Below are positions 1 through 10,289 of a stretch of DNA of 64,000 bases, one piece after another (position 1 is the stretch's first letter; each line of letters starts with the position of its first letter). The notes under the pieces are model-generated. The model worked only from the letters and a program-made list of their open reading frames with translations, was not told the DNA's origin and did no database searches. A program made the translations under genes and the position numbers. The stretch is from Acidimicrobiia bacterium (GTDB lineage Bacteria > Actinomycetota > Acidimicrobiia > Spongiisociales > ZC4RG35), in assembly GCA_965203555.1 (NCBI GenBank), contig CBDBCY010000004.1:416001-480000 (forward strand), read 5' to 3'.

Positions 1-1824
1 CTGGGCAAGGCGTTCGGGCTGCCCGGCCAGGAGTTGACCCTCCTGTCCAAGCAACTCCACTCCCACCATGCGGCGGACCTGAGATCGGAGATGCTGGAAC
101 TGCCCGCCTTCCGGGACCGGGTGGACGCCTATGGGTGGAAGAACCTTATCGAGATCTCCCCTCAGCTGATGGGAGCGCCCAAACACCTCAGCCAGCACGT
201 GGGGGGAATGATCCTCAGCAGCACTCCCATCCCGGAGATGGTTCCCGTCCGGGAAGGGGCCATCGAGGGGCGTTTCATCATGGACTGGGACAAGGACAAC
301 GTCGCCGACGCCAACTTCGCCAAGATCGACCTGCTCTCTCTGCCGGCGCTCGACCAGTTGCACGAGGCGTTGGATCTGATCGAGGAACGCGAGGGGGAAA
401 GGCCCGATATTTCCAGGATCGATCCGCAGGATCGGCGGGTTTACGAGATGATCACCGAAGGCCGGTCCAAGGGCGTGTTCCTGCTCCAGTCGCCCGCCCA
501 GTTGAAGATGGGGCGGCGCCTCCGGCCGGAGAACCTCCTGGACCTTGCCTACCAGGTGGCGCTGATTCGCCCGGGCGTGGGCGTGCAGGGGAGTTCGGTC
601 TCGCTGTTCTTGGAGAGATACCGTCACGGGGCCTCCTGGGACTACGACCATCCCTTGGAGAGGCGCTCCCTGGAGCGCGGGTACGGGATCATCGTCTGGC
701 AGGAGCAAGTCGTCCAGCTCATCATGGACGTGGCGGGAATGACCGCCGCCCAGGCCGACGAGATAAGAAGATCCTTCGCTCGTTCCAACAACCGGCACCT
801 GATAGCCATGCACTGGAAGGATTTCCTCCAAGGCGCGGAGAGACGGGGCGTCCCGGAACCTACCGCGCGGAAGATCTTCTCCAAGATCAACGGACACTAC
901 ATGTTCCCCGAATCCCACTCGCACGCCTTTGCGGTCACCGCCTACCAGGTGGCCTGGCTCAAGCGCTATCACCCACTGGAGTTCTTCACCACCCTCATCA
1001 ACAACCAGCCCATGGGGTTCTACCCGCTGGAGACCCTCAAACAGGACGCCGGGACCTTCGGCGTTCCGTTCCTCAACCCTTGCGTCAACCGCAGCGGCGT
1101 CCAATGCGCACCTGAGGACGGCGCCGTGCGGCTGGGCCTGGGGATCGTCAAAGACGTGGGAGGCCGGTCCGGGGAGACAATCGTCGAAGAGAGAAACCGA
1201 AACGGCCCCTATGACGGCGCCGGGGACCTGATCCGACGCACCGGCTTGAAGCCCCAGGCCGTGGTCTCTCTGGTGATGGCGGGCGCTCTGGACGGCCTCT
1301 CACCCAATCGCCGCACCGCCATCTGGGACGCGGGGCTGTCTGTGCGTCCCTCCCGCAACGGACAGACCGTCCTGGACATCACCCGGGGAAGCAGAAAGCC
1401 CGACCTGGCCGATTTCACCGACTATGAGAGGATGGCGAGCGAGTACCGGATCCTGGGGATCCATCCGGGAGGCCACCTCATGGAGTACCTCCGGGAAACA
1501 CTGGACGCGGAGGTGCTGACCACCGTCGAGGTGGAGGACTGCGCCGAGGATGAAGAGGTCCTGGTGGCGGGCTGGCCCATCGCCCGCCAGCACCCGCGCG
1601 GGATAGGCGGCACGGTGTTCGTGACCATCGAGGACGAGACCGGAGACGTGCAGTTGATCATCTGGCCGGACGTGTTCGCCCGCTACAAGAAGCAACTCAG
1701 AAGCCAGGTGATCCTGGCGCGGGGCGTGATCTCTCGATGGGACGGCACCACGTCGATGATCGTCTCGGCCCTGGAAGCGGTCGACGTCCCGGTCTCGATG
1801 CCCGCCGCCCATGATTGGCACTGA
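1..1824 (+). CDS. dnaE2: Error-prone DNA polymerase III alpha subunit (DnaE2/ImuC), 5'-truncated by window edge
   Basis: Motifs PKHLSQHVGG, KIDLLSL, VALIRPG, FPESHS, NNQPMGFY, C-terminal OB fold (FVTIEDETG) and short terminal AHDWH resembling the DnaE2 SRDF(H/R) tail. Confidence 0.85.
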   Translation: MGKAFGLPGQELTLLSKQLHSHHAADLRSEMLELPAFRDRVDAYGWKNLIEISPQLMGAPKHLSQHVGGMILSSTPIPEMVPVREGAIEGRFIMDWDKDNVADANFAKIDLLSLPALDQLHEALDLIEEREGERPDISRIDPQDRRVYEMITEGRSKGVFLLQSPAQLKMGRRLRPENLLDLAYQVALIRPGVGVQGSSVSLFLERYRHGASWDYDHPLERRSLERGYGIIVWQEQVVQLIMDVAGMTAAQADEIRRSFARSNNRHLIAMHWKDFLQGAERRGVPEPTARKIFSKINGHYMFPESHSHAFAVTAYQVAWLKRYHPLEFFTTLINNQPMGFYPLETLKQDAGTFGVPFLNPCVNRSGVQCAPEDGAVRLGLGIVKDVGGRSGETIVEERNRNGPYDGAGDLIRRTGLKPQAVVSLVMAGALDGLSPNRRTAIWDAGLSVRPSRNGQTVLDITRGSRKPDLADFTDYERMASEYRILGIHPGGHLMEYLRETLDAEVLTTVEVEDCAEDEEVLVAGWPIARQHPRGIGGTVFVTIEDETGDVQLIIWPDVFARYKKQLRSQVILARGVISRWDGTTSMIVSALEAVDVPVSMPAAHDWH

Positions 1825-1931
1825 TGCGAATCCCGGCGCCACGAGTCTGGATCGTATGTGTCCTGTTCAGCGCCGTTGTTGCCTCCGACAAGGGAGGCAG
1901 TGGTTGTGGCCGGTTCGCGCTGGGGAGCACC

Positions 1932-2684
1932 CTAAGGAACCCTACCGGCGCGGACGCGGCGTTCCAACGCCAACAACCGGGTTTCGGCTGTCTTGACGAT
2001 CTGAGCGGTGCGTTGCGTGTCCCGCTGAGCACAAGCGTCGGACTCGACCACCACAGCACGGGTACCGTCCCCGAGGACGATATCCGCCGCTCTGCTGCCG
2101 GGTTGGGACAACTCGACCCATACCGTGTCCCGGTCGATAGCCGCCATTGCTTGGGCGGTGATCCGGTCGCGGCGTAGCCTGGTGGCCAACAGATGATCAA
2201 ACCCGGCCCGGGTCACCGTTTCCAGATTGGCGCCCGATATGAGACCCCGGTCCGCTACCACACAGCATTCTGCCCACCGCGGACCGTTTGGACAGATCCT
2301 TCAACACCTCGGATAGGGTGGACGCGTCGTTGCCCGTGAAAACGTGATGGGCGATGGGGGATACCGTCGGTGGTGCATAACAGACCGATCACGATTTGGG
2401 GTCGGTCCGGGCGATGATCCCGCGAGCTTCCCGAACACCCGCGACGGAAAACGCTGGGAGGGTCGGGTGGAACCTTCGAAATGGGCGGACGTCAGGTCGT
2501 AGCACACCAGCCGTAGGTTGAGGTTGGTCAAATCGCGCAACTGTCCATTCTGTTGGCGATCAGCCGAAAGTACCCAGGGTCGATCACCGAAAGTACTCAC
2601 CCTGGGTTCGAACAACAGTTCTCGTGAATCCCGGTGGGATTCAAACACTCCCGACCCACCACACAGCCCCAACCAACCCTCCAA
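1932..2684 (-). pseudogene. IS1634-family transposase remnant (fragmented, frameshifted)
   Basis: Fragments in different frames: LVCYDLTSAHFEG (first DDE Asp), VADRGLISGANL (second Asp), FDHLLATRLRR, AQRDTQRTAQ; no intact ORF. Confidence 0.75.
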
Positions 2685-2956
2685 TGAAACTCCCGGAGCG
2701 GTTCAATCGAAGACATCTTTCTTTTCCCGCCCCACGTTTCAGCGAGGCCACTGGGCGTCTGTCCGTATATCGCATCCGGCCCTTGACCACGGCATTTCCG
2801 GTGGGCTGCCCGTATGCCCTGAGCGCTATTTTGAGAGGCATCCAGTAGTCGAACCGGCTGGTGAAGGTGGAATCCAAGTCCATTTGAAGAGCGCCGCTGA
2901 TTCTTCCATTCTAGATTTAGTGTTTTTTTTGACAACTTGGTGTTATGTGGTGTTGT

Positions 2957-2979
2957 TTGTCACACCTCTGGTGCATACT
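2957..2979 (+). promoter_or_regulatory. Putative PafBC/RecA-NDp-type DNA-damage promoter of the HNH gene
   Basis: TGTCAC-N10-CATACT (2958-2979), 8 nt before the ATG at 2988; spacing matches the mycobacterial TGTCGG-N10-TANNNT motif with mismatches. Confidence 0.45.
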
Positions 2980-2987
2980 GGTAAGAC

Positions 2988-4229
2988 ATGAACAGAAAAG
3001 ACATGAACGGTGCGGTGGCCAACCGGGTGCGCCTGCTGGTGCCTTCTTTGCCGGTTGCAGAAGCTTCGTTGGAGCAGTTGCGCAAGCGGTTAAAGTCCAC
3101 TGTCCGCGTTCAGAACCAGGCCGCGGCGATCCGCGCCGAGATCGTGTCGGAGTTACGCCGCCGGGAAGGCACCGAGGTGGTAGAAACCGTGTTACAAACC
3201 GACGGTCTGCTAGGCCGTCGGAAAGCACGATCAGAAGTAGAAACCGCCCGAGCATTGGAGGAACTACCAAAAACGCGGGAAGGGCTTCGGGCGGGGGAGA
3301 TCTCCCACGACAACGCGCGGATCATCGCTGGTGCCAACCAGCGGGGAACCATAGCAGAAGACGAGTTGTTGGATGATGCTCGTTCCCAGTCTCCTGACAA
3401 GTTCGCGGCGACGGTCCGCAAACACGAACAACAGCGTGCCGGAGATGATGGTGTGTCGAAGTTGGAGCATCAGCGGTCCCATCGGTTCGCCAGGATCACC
3501 ACCGACCAAGACGACGGGATGACCGTCCTGTACGGACGTTTCGATCCGGTCACCGGTGCCCGGGTGGAAACGGCCGTGTCACACATGATGAAACAACTAT
3601 GGCACAAAGAAGACCCCCGGGACCGGGCCACGGCGGGACAGAGAATGGCCGACGCCCTATCCAAACTTCTTACTCGGGAAGGAAACGGTCGGTCCCAGGA
3701 TGTGCGCCTGTTGTTGATCGCCGACTACGACACCATCAATCAACAACTGAAAGATGCCCGTCTGTCCGATGGAAACCCCATCCCCGCCCGGGCATTGCGC
3801 CACCTGGCCTGTGACGCGCAGATCCTGCCCGCTATCTTCTCAGGGTCGTCGATACCCCTGGATCTGGGACGGGCCAGACGCAAAGCCAGCCCGGCCCAAC
3901 GCGCTGCGCTCATCGCCCGCGATCAACACTGTGTCGGGTGCGGCGCGAAAGCCGCCTGGTGCCAGGCGCATCACATCGTCCACTGGGCCGACGGAGGCCC
4001 CACCGACCTGGACAACATGTGTCTGCTGTGCAGCAGATGCCACCACAAAGTACACGACAACGACTGGACAATACACAAGTCACCGGCAGGAACCTACAGC
4101 CTCCGCCGACCACCCACCCAATGGGGACGCCCACCCCGCCAACCCACCTCCCACCGCTACCCCCGCAAACGCCGACCCAACAGCCGCTACCCCCGCAAAC
4201 GCCGACCCACCATAAAACAACGAAAATAA
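2988..4229 (+). CDS. DUF222 (13E12-repeat family) HNH endonuclease
   Basis: C-terminal ARDQHCVGCG...WCQAHHIVHWADGGPTDLDNMCLLCSRCHHKVH; DUF222-like motifs (QRMADAL, LRHLACDA, PLDLGR). Confidence 0.9.
   Translation: MNRKDMNGAVANRVRLLVPSLPVAEASLEQLRKRLKSTVRVQNQAAAIRAEIVSELRRREGTEVVETVLQTDGLLGRRKARSEVETARALEELPKTREGLRAGEISHDNARIIAGANQRGTIAEDELLDDARSQSPDKFAATVRKHEQQRAGDDGVSKLEHQRSHRFARITTDQDDGMTVLYGRFDPVTGARVETAVSHMMKQLWHKEDPRDRATAGQRMADALSKLLTREGNGRSQDVRLLLIADYDTINQQLKDARLSDGNPIPARALRHLACDAQILPAIFSGSSIPLDLGRARRKASPAQRAALIARDQHCVGCGAKAAWCQAHHIVHWADGGPTDLDNMCLLCSRCHHKVHDNDWTIHKSPAGTYSLRRPPTQWGRPPRQPTSHRYPRKRRPNSRYPRKRRPTIKQRK
4154..4209 (+). repeat. Two-copy tandem repeat, 30-bp period (CCGCTACCCCCGCAAACGCCGACCCA), encoding RYPRKRRP x2
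   Basis: Identical 26-mers at 4154-4179 and 4184-4209. Confidence 0.9.
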
Positions 4230-4599
4230 ACAGACCACTTCCCCCGACTCTTCCCACCCGGGACACCATCCCCCACCCGCCACCGGACCCCTGCCATCCG
4301 GTTTTCCCACTCTTGCCCCGCGGCATCCCCCTCCTATTTTGGGTTTCCCCTCCCGACCCGCCGCCTCCTTGACCGACCAAAAACCCGGACAGGCGCAGGC
4401 CTACCCGAAACCGAAAGGAGTTCAGCTAACTCGTTGGTTCCCGTGATCGACAAGGCCGCTTTGGACCCCAGCCTGTCGCAGGACGGGAACCACCTGATGA
4501 AGACGATCCGGACCGCACACTTCATGTTTGTATTTGACTCCACTATGCAACAGGCTTGGGACAGTTTTCAAGCGTTGCGCGGCGGTTCTTCAAGGAAAG

Positions 4600-5021
4600 T
4601 ATCGCGACCCGCCCAGATCCGGCGGGACAGGACGACATGTCACAAGCCCGGGGCAACGGGGATTTCCTGGCGTCCCTTCTGCCGGCTTGGAAGGCGGTGG
4701 CCATGGTGAGCAGCATGGCTATGGCTACTCCCGTGCACAGCACCGGCAATCGTTCCCCGGATCCGTCAGAGCCTCGCCAGAATGGTCTTCGAGGAAGATG
4801 TGTTCGAGAAAGTGCACCGCTACCCATACGGTCATCACGGCCGAGAAAACGCTGATGACCCCGTTGCATCGGTTTCAACTCCAGCTTTTCTGTTCCCATG
4901 CCGGGCGACACAGCCCGCGGTAGGGCAGAATGGTCATTATCACCCAGGGCAAGGAGAGATACCGGTTCTTTCTTGGCGTCACAGGGTTGACGCAACTGCC
5001 GTGATCGAGGTTCTCTGTCAT
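4600..5021 (-). pseudogene. Possible degraded small membrane-protein gene
   Basis: Hydrophobic segments (VISVFSAVMTVWVAVHFL; LPVLCTGVAIAMLLTMATAF) spread over frames, with an internal stop and a frameshift. Confidence 0.3.
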
Positions 5022-5056
5022 TTCCGACTCGGGGATCCGTTGTCCGACCGGGGGGA

Positions 5057-5704
5057 TCAGGTGGCGAAACGCTCCTCCAGAACGGTGATTGTCTCGGACG
5101 GGGCGATGCCTCGTTCGGCTGCCAGGACCAGGAGGTGATAGAGGAGGTCGGCCATCTCCTCAGCGACTCGCCGGTCGGGTTCCTGTCCGTGAGCATGGTC
5201 CTTGGCGGCCATCAACACTTCCGTGGCCTCCTCCACCAGCTTGCGTCCGGTCATATCCACCCCGCCCTCCAGCAGTCGGGTGGTGTAGGAACCAGAAGGT
5301 CGCCCGGCGGCGCGGGAATCGATCACCTTCCACAACCGCTCCAGCCACATGAACCCCTCTCCGCGGGGACCCTCGTCGAAACAGGTGACGGTATGGCGAT
5401 GACAGGCGGGACCGGCAGGGCGGGCAGAGATCAAGAGCGTGTCGGCGTCGCAATCGGCGGTGATCTTCACCGCCTCCAGCAGGGAGCCGCTGGTGGCGCC
5501 CTTGAGCCACAGTTCACGGCGAGACCGGGACCAGAAGTGGACGTAGCCGGTTTCCAAGGTCAGTGCGTAGGACTCGGAGTTGAGGTAGGCCAGCATCAGG
5601 ATCTGGCCGGTCCGGGCATCCTGGACCACCCCGGGTATCAGTCCCTGGGAATCCCATCGCAGCGCTTCCGCAGGGGGAACGTCGGTCAGGGCGGACTCCC
5701 TCAT
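5057..5704 (-). CDS. hisIE: Bifunctional phosphoribosyl-AMP cyclohydrolase/phosphoribosyl-ATP pyrophosphatase
   Basis: [49 protein letters not shown]; ATG overlaps the hisF stop. Confidence 0.95.
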   Translation of the reverse strand: MRESALTDVPPAEALRWDSQGLIPGVVQDARTGQILMLAYLNSESYALTLETGYVHFWSRSRRELWLKGATSGSLLEAVKITADCDADTLLISARPAGPACHRHTVTCFDEGPRGEGFMWLERLWKVIDSRAAGRPSGSYTTRLLEGGVDMTGRKLVEEATEVLMAAKDHAHGQEPDRRVAEEMADLLYHLLVLAAERGIAPSETITVLEERFAT

Positions 5705-6462
5705 GCCAGACGCACCGGCACACCCGCCCGGGCCATGGCCTGCTTGACTTCGATGATCTCGATCTCCCGGCGATGGAAGATGGAAGCGGCCAGGACCGCT
5801 TCCGCTCCGGCCTTCTGGCAGACCTCCACGCAGTGTTGGGGAGTTCCCGCCCCACCGGAGGCGATCACCGGCACTTCGACCGCCTCTGTTACGGCCGCGG
5901 TGAGTTCCAGGTCGTATCCGATCTTGGTCCCGTCCCGGTCCATGGATGTCAACAGAATCTCCCCGGCGCCCAACTCGACTCCCCGTCTCGCCCACTCCAC
6001 CGCATCCCAACCGACCGGCTCCCGGCCTCCCACCACCACCACCTCGAACCCACCGTCGGGGCGGCGCCGGGCATCGATGGCCAGCACCACGCACTGCCGA
6101 CCGAACTGGCGGCGGCACTCTTGGAGCAACCGGGGACGGCGGACGGCGGCGGTATTGATGCTCACCTTGTCGGCGCCGGCCCGAAGCGCTGACTTCATAT
6201 CGGCCGGAGAGCGAATCCCGCCCCCCACCGTGAGCGGAACGAACACCTCCGAAGCGGTATGCCGGACCACATCCCACATGGTGTCCCGGTTCTCGGGGGC
6301 GGCGGCGATGTCGAGGAAACATATCTCATCGGCGCCTTCCTGGGCGTACCGGGCGGCCAACTCGGTGGGATCCCCTTCATCGGTGAGATTTACGAAGTTG
6401 ACGCCCTTCACCACCCGGCCGGCGGCTACATCGAGGCAGGGAATGATCCTTTTGCGAAGCAT
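5701..6462 (-). CDS. hisF: Imidazole glycerol phosphate synthase cyclase subunit
   Basis: [53 protein letters not shown]. Confidence 0.97.
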   Translation of the reverse strand: MLRKRIIPCLDVAAGRVVKGVNFVNLTDEGDPTELAARYAQEGADEICFLDIAAAPENRDTMWDVVRHTASEVFVPLTVGGGIRSPADMKSALRAGADKVSINTAAVRRPRLLQECRRQFGRQCVVLAIDARRRPDGGFEVVVVGGREPVGWDAVEWARRGVELGAGEILLTSMDRDGTKIGYDLELTAAVTEAVEVPVIASGGAGTPQHCVEVCQKAGAEAVLAASIFHRREIEIIEVKQAMARAGVPVRLA

Positions 6463-7094
6463 CAACCGGCCTCGTTTCCGGGCCCGGTCGTCCAGGCACG
6501 ACAGTCCGCCAGGAAATTGGACAGGACCTTGAGCCCGTTGGCGCCGGACCGTTCCGGGTGGAACTGCACCCCCACCCGATGGCCGTCCCGGACGGCCACA
6601 CAGAACCGCCGCCCGTATTGCGTCTCGGCCGTGATCACCCTCGGATCGAGCGGCGCCGGCGCATAGGAGTGAACGAAATAGAAGGTGGGGTCGGGGGGAA
6701 GGCCTCGCCACAGGGAGTCGTCGGCGGTCATCAGCAGATCGTTCCAGCCGATGTGGGGTAGTCGGGGACTCTGTTGCAGCCGCTCCACCCGGCCGGCCAT
6801 CAGCCCCAGACAAGTGCTGTCGTCCTCCGAACTGCCCTCAAAGAACAGTTGCAACCCGACGCAGATTCCCAGCAGGGGTCCGGGCCACTCGATCAGAGGC
6901 TCTACGAACCCGACCTTGTCCAGTCTCTCCATGGCGGCGCCGGTGGTTCCCACCCCGGGGAGCACCACTCCATCGGCGCCTTGGATCTGGAGAGGGTCGA
7001 CGGCCAGGATCGTTTCAGCGCCGGCTCTCTCCAGACCCTGGGTAATCGAGACCAGGTTCCCGGCGCCGTGATCCACCACGGCGACGGTCGTCAA
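6462..7094 (-). CDS. hisH: Imidazole glycerol phosphate synthase glutamine amidotransferase subunit
   Basis: [32 protein letters not shown]. Confidence 0.97.
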   Translation of the reverse strand: MTTVAVVDHGAGNLVSITQGLERAGAETILAVDPLQIQGADGVVLPGVGTTGAAMERLDKVGFVEPLIEWPGPLLGICVGLQLFFEGSSEDDSTCLGLMAGRVERLQQSPRLPHIGWNDLLMTADDSLWRGLPPDPTFYFVHSYAPAPLDPRVITAETQYGRRFCVAVRDGHRVGVQFHPERSGANGLKVLSNFLADCRAWTTGPGNEAG

Positions 7095-7678
7095 GTCGTC
7101 CCCTTGGTGGAAGCCACTCCCTGCCGCCGGGGATCGAGGGCCACCGCCTGCCGCAACGCCCGAGCCAAGGCCTTGACGGCCGCTTCCGCCTGGTGATGAT
7201 CGTTGAGCCCGCGCGACCGCAGATGGAGGGTGAAACCGGCGGTGCGGGCCATGGCTTCCAGCGCGTGGGGGAGATTCTGGGTAGTGAGGTTGCCGATCAT
7301 GGGGTTCTGCAACCGAAGGTCGATCACCGCATAGGGACGGCCGCCCACATCCACTGCGGCTGAGCCAAGCGCCTCGTCCATGGGCACCGCCGCGTCACCG
7401 AAACGGCTGATCCCGGCCCGGTCGCCCAAGGCCTCGGCCATTGCCGAACCCAGCACCAGAGCGGTGTCCTCCACCGTGTGATGGTCGTCGATGATCAGAT
7501 CACCCTTGGTGATGACAGTCAGATCGAACAGGGCATGGTGGGCCAGCGACGCGAGCAGGTGATCGAAGAAACCGACTCCGGTGGAGATCTCGGCCTGTCC
7601 CGATCCGTCCAGATCCAGACGAACCTCGACCAGTGTCTCTCGGGTCTCCCTGGTTATGTGTGCGGTTCTGTTCGGCAT
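7091..7678 (-). CDS. hisB: Imidazoleglycerol-phosphate dehydratase
   Basis: TGVGFFDHLL, DDHHTVED, PMDEAL, NDHHQAEA, STKG. Confidence 0.97.
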   Translation of the reverse strand: MPNRTAHITRETRETLVEVRLDLDGSGQAEISTGVGFFDHLLASLAHHALFDLTVITKGDLIIDDHHTVEDTALVLGSAMAEALGDRAGISRFGDAAVPMDEALGSAAVDVGGRPYAVIDLRLQNPMIGNLTTQNLPHALEAMARTAGFTLHLRSRGLNDHHQAEAAVKALARALRQAVALDPRRQGVASTKGTT

Positions 7679-7680
7679 TT

Positions 7681-8991
7681 CTATGCTCCTGGTCCTTGTG
7701 CGCCAAATCGTAATTCGGCGGCCCGACGGTGGGCGGTGAAGCCCTCCACATCAGCCAGGCAGGTGATTATCGGAAGAATCTCGGCCAGGCCATCGCGGGT
7801 GAGACGCTGTTCCTGCCGCCAGGAACCGAAGTCTTCCACCGACAGCGGTCCGTAACAGGCCGCCAAACCACCGGTGGGCAGGACATGATTGGCCCCGGTG
7901 GCGTAGTCTCCCGCCGACTCCGCCGACCAGCGACCCACATACACGGAACCCGCCGCCGTCACCGCCTTGGCGTGAGTTTCCAAGTCGGAGGTGAGCAAAG
8001 AGACGTGCTCGGCGGCGTACTGGTTGGCGAAGGAGATGGCTTGCTCCATATCCGGGGCGATCACCGTCATCCCGTGATTCGCCAAAGCCTCGGCCAGAAT
8101 CTCACTTCGTTCCAGGTCGGCGAGTTGCTCTTCCAGGGCCACCTCCACCCGGGCCGCCAGCTTCGGGTCGGTGGTGACCAGCACAGCCGGAGAATCAGGC
8201 CCGTGCTCGGCCTGGCACAACAGATCGGCGGCCACGAGCCGAGGATCGGCCGCATGGTCGGCCAGCACCAACACTTCCGAAGGCCCGGCGGGCAGATCGA
8301 CCCCGCAGTCCCCGAACACCGCCAGCTTGGCGGCGGTCACCCACTGATTACCCGGACCCACGATTTTCTCCACCGGTCTTACCTGTTCGGTCCCGTAGGC
8401 GAAGGCGGCTACCGCGCCTGCTCCTCCCATCGCCCACACCTCATCAGCCCCGGCCACCCAGCACGCAGCCAGTGTCGCTTCGTTTACCGACCCATCCGAT
8501 CCGGTGGGAGTCCCCACCACCACCTCCGCCACCCCGGCCACCTTGGCGGGGGTCACCGTCATCAAGACAGTGGAGGGATAGGCGGCCTTTCCGCCCGGAA
8601 CGTAGGCGCCTACTCGCTGGAGGGGAGACCAACGACGGGTAATCGAGATACCTGGGAGAGTCTCGGTGTGAGTATCGGAGGGAATCTGGCGGCGGTGAAA
8701 AGCCTCTATCTGGTGGCGAGCCGCCTCCAGGGCGTCCACCACCGCCGGCAGGCGCCGGGCAGACGCTTGCAGTTCCGCCCGGGATATCTGAAAATACCCC
8801 CCTCCATGCCTGCGGGCCAGGTTCTCCATGGCCCGGTCGCCGTCCCGCTGCACTTCCTCGCATATGGCTTGGGCGATCTTGCGCACTTGCGGGTCGGGTA
8901 CCGCCGACCGGCGGCACAAACCGGTGCGCTCGGCCGCGGTCAACTCTGGTAAGCGCACCAGGCGAAGGCGGTTACCCGATGAGTTGCTCAC
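7681..8991 (-). CDS. hisD: Histidinol dehydrogenase
   Basis: YVPGGKAAYPST, KIVGPGNQWV, AGPSE, DLLCQAEH, GDYATGANHVLPT; GTG start overlaps the hisG stop. Confidence 0.96.
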   Translation of the reverse strand: MSNSSGNRLRLVRLPELTAAERTGLCRRSAVPDPQVRKIAQAICEEVQRDGDRAMENLARRHGGGYFQISRAELQASARRLPAVVDALEAARHQIEAFHRRQIPSDTHTETLPGISITRRWSPLQRVGAYVPGGKAAYPSTVLMTVTPAKVAGVAEVVVGTPTGSDGSVNEATLAACWVAGADEVWAMGGAGAVAAFAYGTEQVRPVEKIVGPGNQWVTAAKLAVFGDCGVDLPAGPSEVLVLADHAADPRLVAADLLCQAEHGPDSPAVLVTTDPKLAARVEVALEEQLADLERSEILAEALANHGMTVIAPDMEQAISFANQYAAEHVSLLTSDLETHAKAVTAAGSVYVGRWSAESAGDYATGANHVLPTGGLAACYGPLSVEDFGSWRQEQRLTRDGLAEILPIITCLADVEGFTAHRRAAELRFGAQGPGA

Positions 8992-9851
8992 GGGATCAAC
9001 TGTCCCACATCGAGCACCAGAATCCCCCGGGCGCCGGCCTCCTCCAGGCGGGGAAGCAGTTCCCAAAGATCGGAGGCGTCCACCACCGAATGCATAGCCA
9101 CCATGTTCTCCTCGGCCAGGGGGATGACAGTGGGCGCCGACAGCCCCGGGATGATCCGGCTTATCCTCCCGGTGTTGTCGGGGGAGGTGTTGAGGAGCAC
9201 ATAGCGTTTGCGTCGTCCGGCGTTCACGGCCCCCACGGCCGTGACCAGTTGCCGCACCAAGGGATGATCCTTCACATCAGGCAGACCGGCAAGAACTGCC
9301 TGGGACTCCAGGAGGACGCCGATCTCCCGCAATCCGTTGAGCTTGAGGGTGGAGCCGCTGGACACCAGATCCACCACCGCATCCGCCAGCGCAATCTTGG
9401 TAGCCGCCTCCACCGATCCCTTCAGAGCCACCACCTGGGCAGGGATGGAACGCTCGGCCAGAAATCGGACCGTGGCGCGGGGATGGGAAGTGGCGATCCG
9501 CAATCCTCTCAATTCGGCCATAGAGGAGATAGGGGAGGAGTTGGGAACCGCGGCGGCCAGGCGGCAGAATCCGAAATCCAGTTTGGCCAGGGGCTGCAAC
9601 TCGGAATTTCCGTTGGCCTCCTCCATTAGGTCCAAGCCGGTGATTCCCACGTCGGCCACGCCTTCGATAAGCATCCCGGGGATGTCTTCGGTGCGGACCA
9701 GCACCAAGTCCACCTCCACGTTCCTAACCCGCAGAGAGAGCACCCGGTCGGTGACCTCGAAGGACATCCCCGCGTTTTTCAGAAGCCGCAAGGATGGTTC
9801 ACGCAAACGTCCCTTGTTGGGAACAGCCAGCGTGAGCGCTTCTTTGTTCAT
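8988..9851 (-). CDS. hisG: ATP phosphoribosyltransferase (long form)
   Basis: AVPNKGRL, DVGITGLD, GSVE, DLVSSGSTL, C-terminal regulatory domain (PGLSAPTV). Confidence 0.95.
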   Translation of the reverse strand: MNKEALTLAVPNKGRLREPSLRLLKNAGMSFEVTDRVLSLRVRNVEVDLVLVRTEDIPGMLIEGVADVGITGLDLMEEANGNSELQPLAKLDFGFCRLAAAVPNSSPISSMAELRGLRIATSHPRATVRFLAERSIPAQVVALKGSVEAATKIALADAVVDLVSSGSTLKLNGLREIGVLLESQAVLAGLPDVKDHPLVRQLVTAVGAVNAGRRKRYVLLNTSPDNTGRISRIIPGLSAPTVIPLAEENMVAMHSVVDASDLWELLPRLEEAGARGILVLDVGQLIP

Positions 9852-10165
9852 GAGGTTTCTTCCGGTTCCGGCCGGGCTTGCACTCTGGACAGCGCCAGCC
9901 GGTATCCCCCGGTCCCGTGGCGCAGCCACTGGTTGATGCGAGTGATGGTGGCGGTGGCCACCCCGGTGATCGCCGAGATCTCCCGATAGGAGAGACCCCG
10001 GTCAAGTTGGCGGACCACAGCCCAGCGCTGGCTCATGTCGTTCAATTCTCTCAATGTGCAGAGGTCGCGAAAGAACAGCGCCGCTTCATCGACAGTCTTC
10101 AGGGAAAGCATGGCAGTGAAGAGTTCGGCGGTCTCCCGATTTTTCCATGATCCGTCCAAAGTCAT
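9848..10165 (-). CDS. YerC/YecD TrpR-like transcriptional regulator (probable histidine repressor HisR)
   Basis: FFRDLCTLREL, SQRWAV, SYREISAITGVATATITRINQWLRHGTGGY; first gene of the his operon. Confidence 0.9.
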   Translation of the reverse strand: MTLDGSWKNRETAELFTAMLSLKTVDEAALFFRDLCTLRELNDMSQRWAVVRQLDRGLSYREISAITGVATATITRINQWLRHGTGGYRLALSRVQARPEPEETS

Positions 10166-10194
10166 ATGATCTCAGTCGCTTGGTTTCCAGCCTA

Positions 10195-10239
10195 TGGACT
10201 AATGCGCTATCATGCTAGCACAATAACACAGTAGCACAA
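10195..10239. promoter_or_regulatory. Putative HisR operator array between divergent yerC-his operon and hisA
   Basis: Palindrome TGCGCTA-N6-TAGCACA (10203-10222) plus extra half-sites at 8-bp period (TGGACTAA, TAACACAG, TAGCACAA). Confidence 0.6.
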
Positions 10240-10289
10240 ACCGTGAAAAGGATAACACCAACGCCGCCATCGAACCAAAGGGGTTTGCA

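Noticed and set aside
2608-2623. TCGAAC-AACA-GTTCTC, resembling an actinobacterial LexA box
   Set aside because: Lies within the IS1634 remnant about 365 bp from the nearest plausible start; probably chance
4154-4209. Repeat as a mini-CRISPR
   Set aside because: Only two copies, 4-nt spacer, inside a CDS, no cas genes
5135-8952. Long antisense ORFs over the his genes (and similar shadows elsewhere)
   Set aside because: Expected shadow frames in GC-rich DNA; no recognisable motifs
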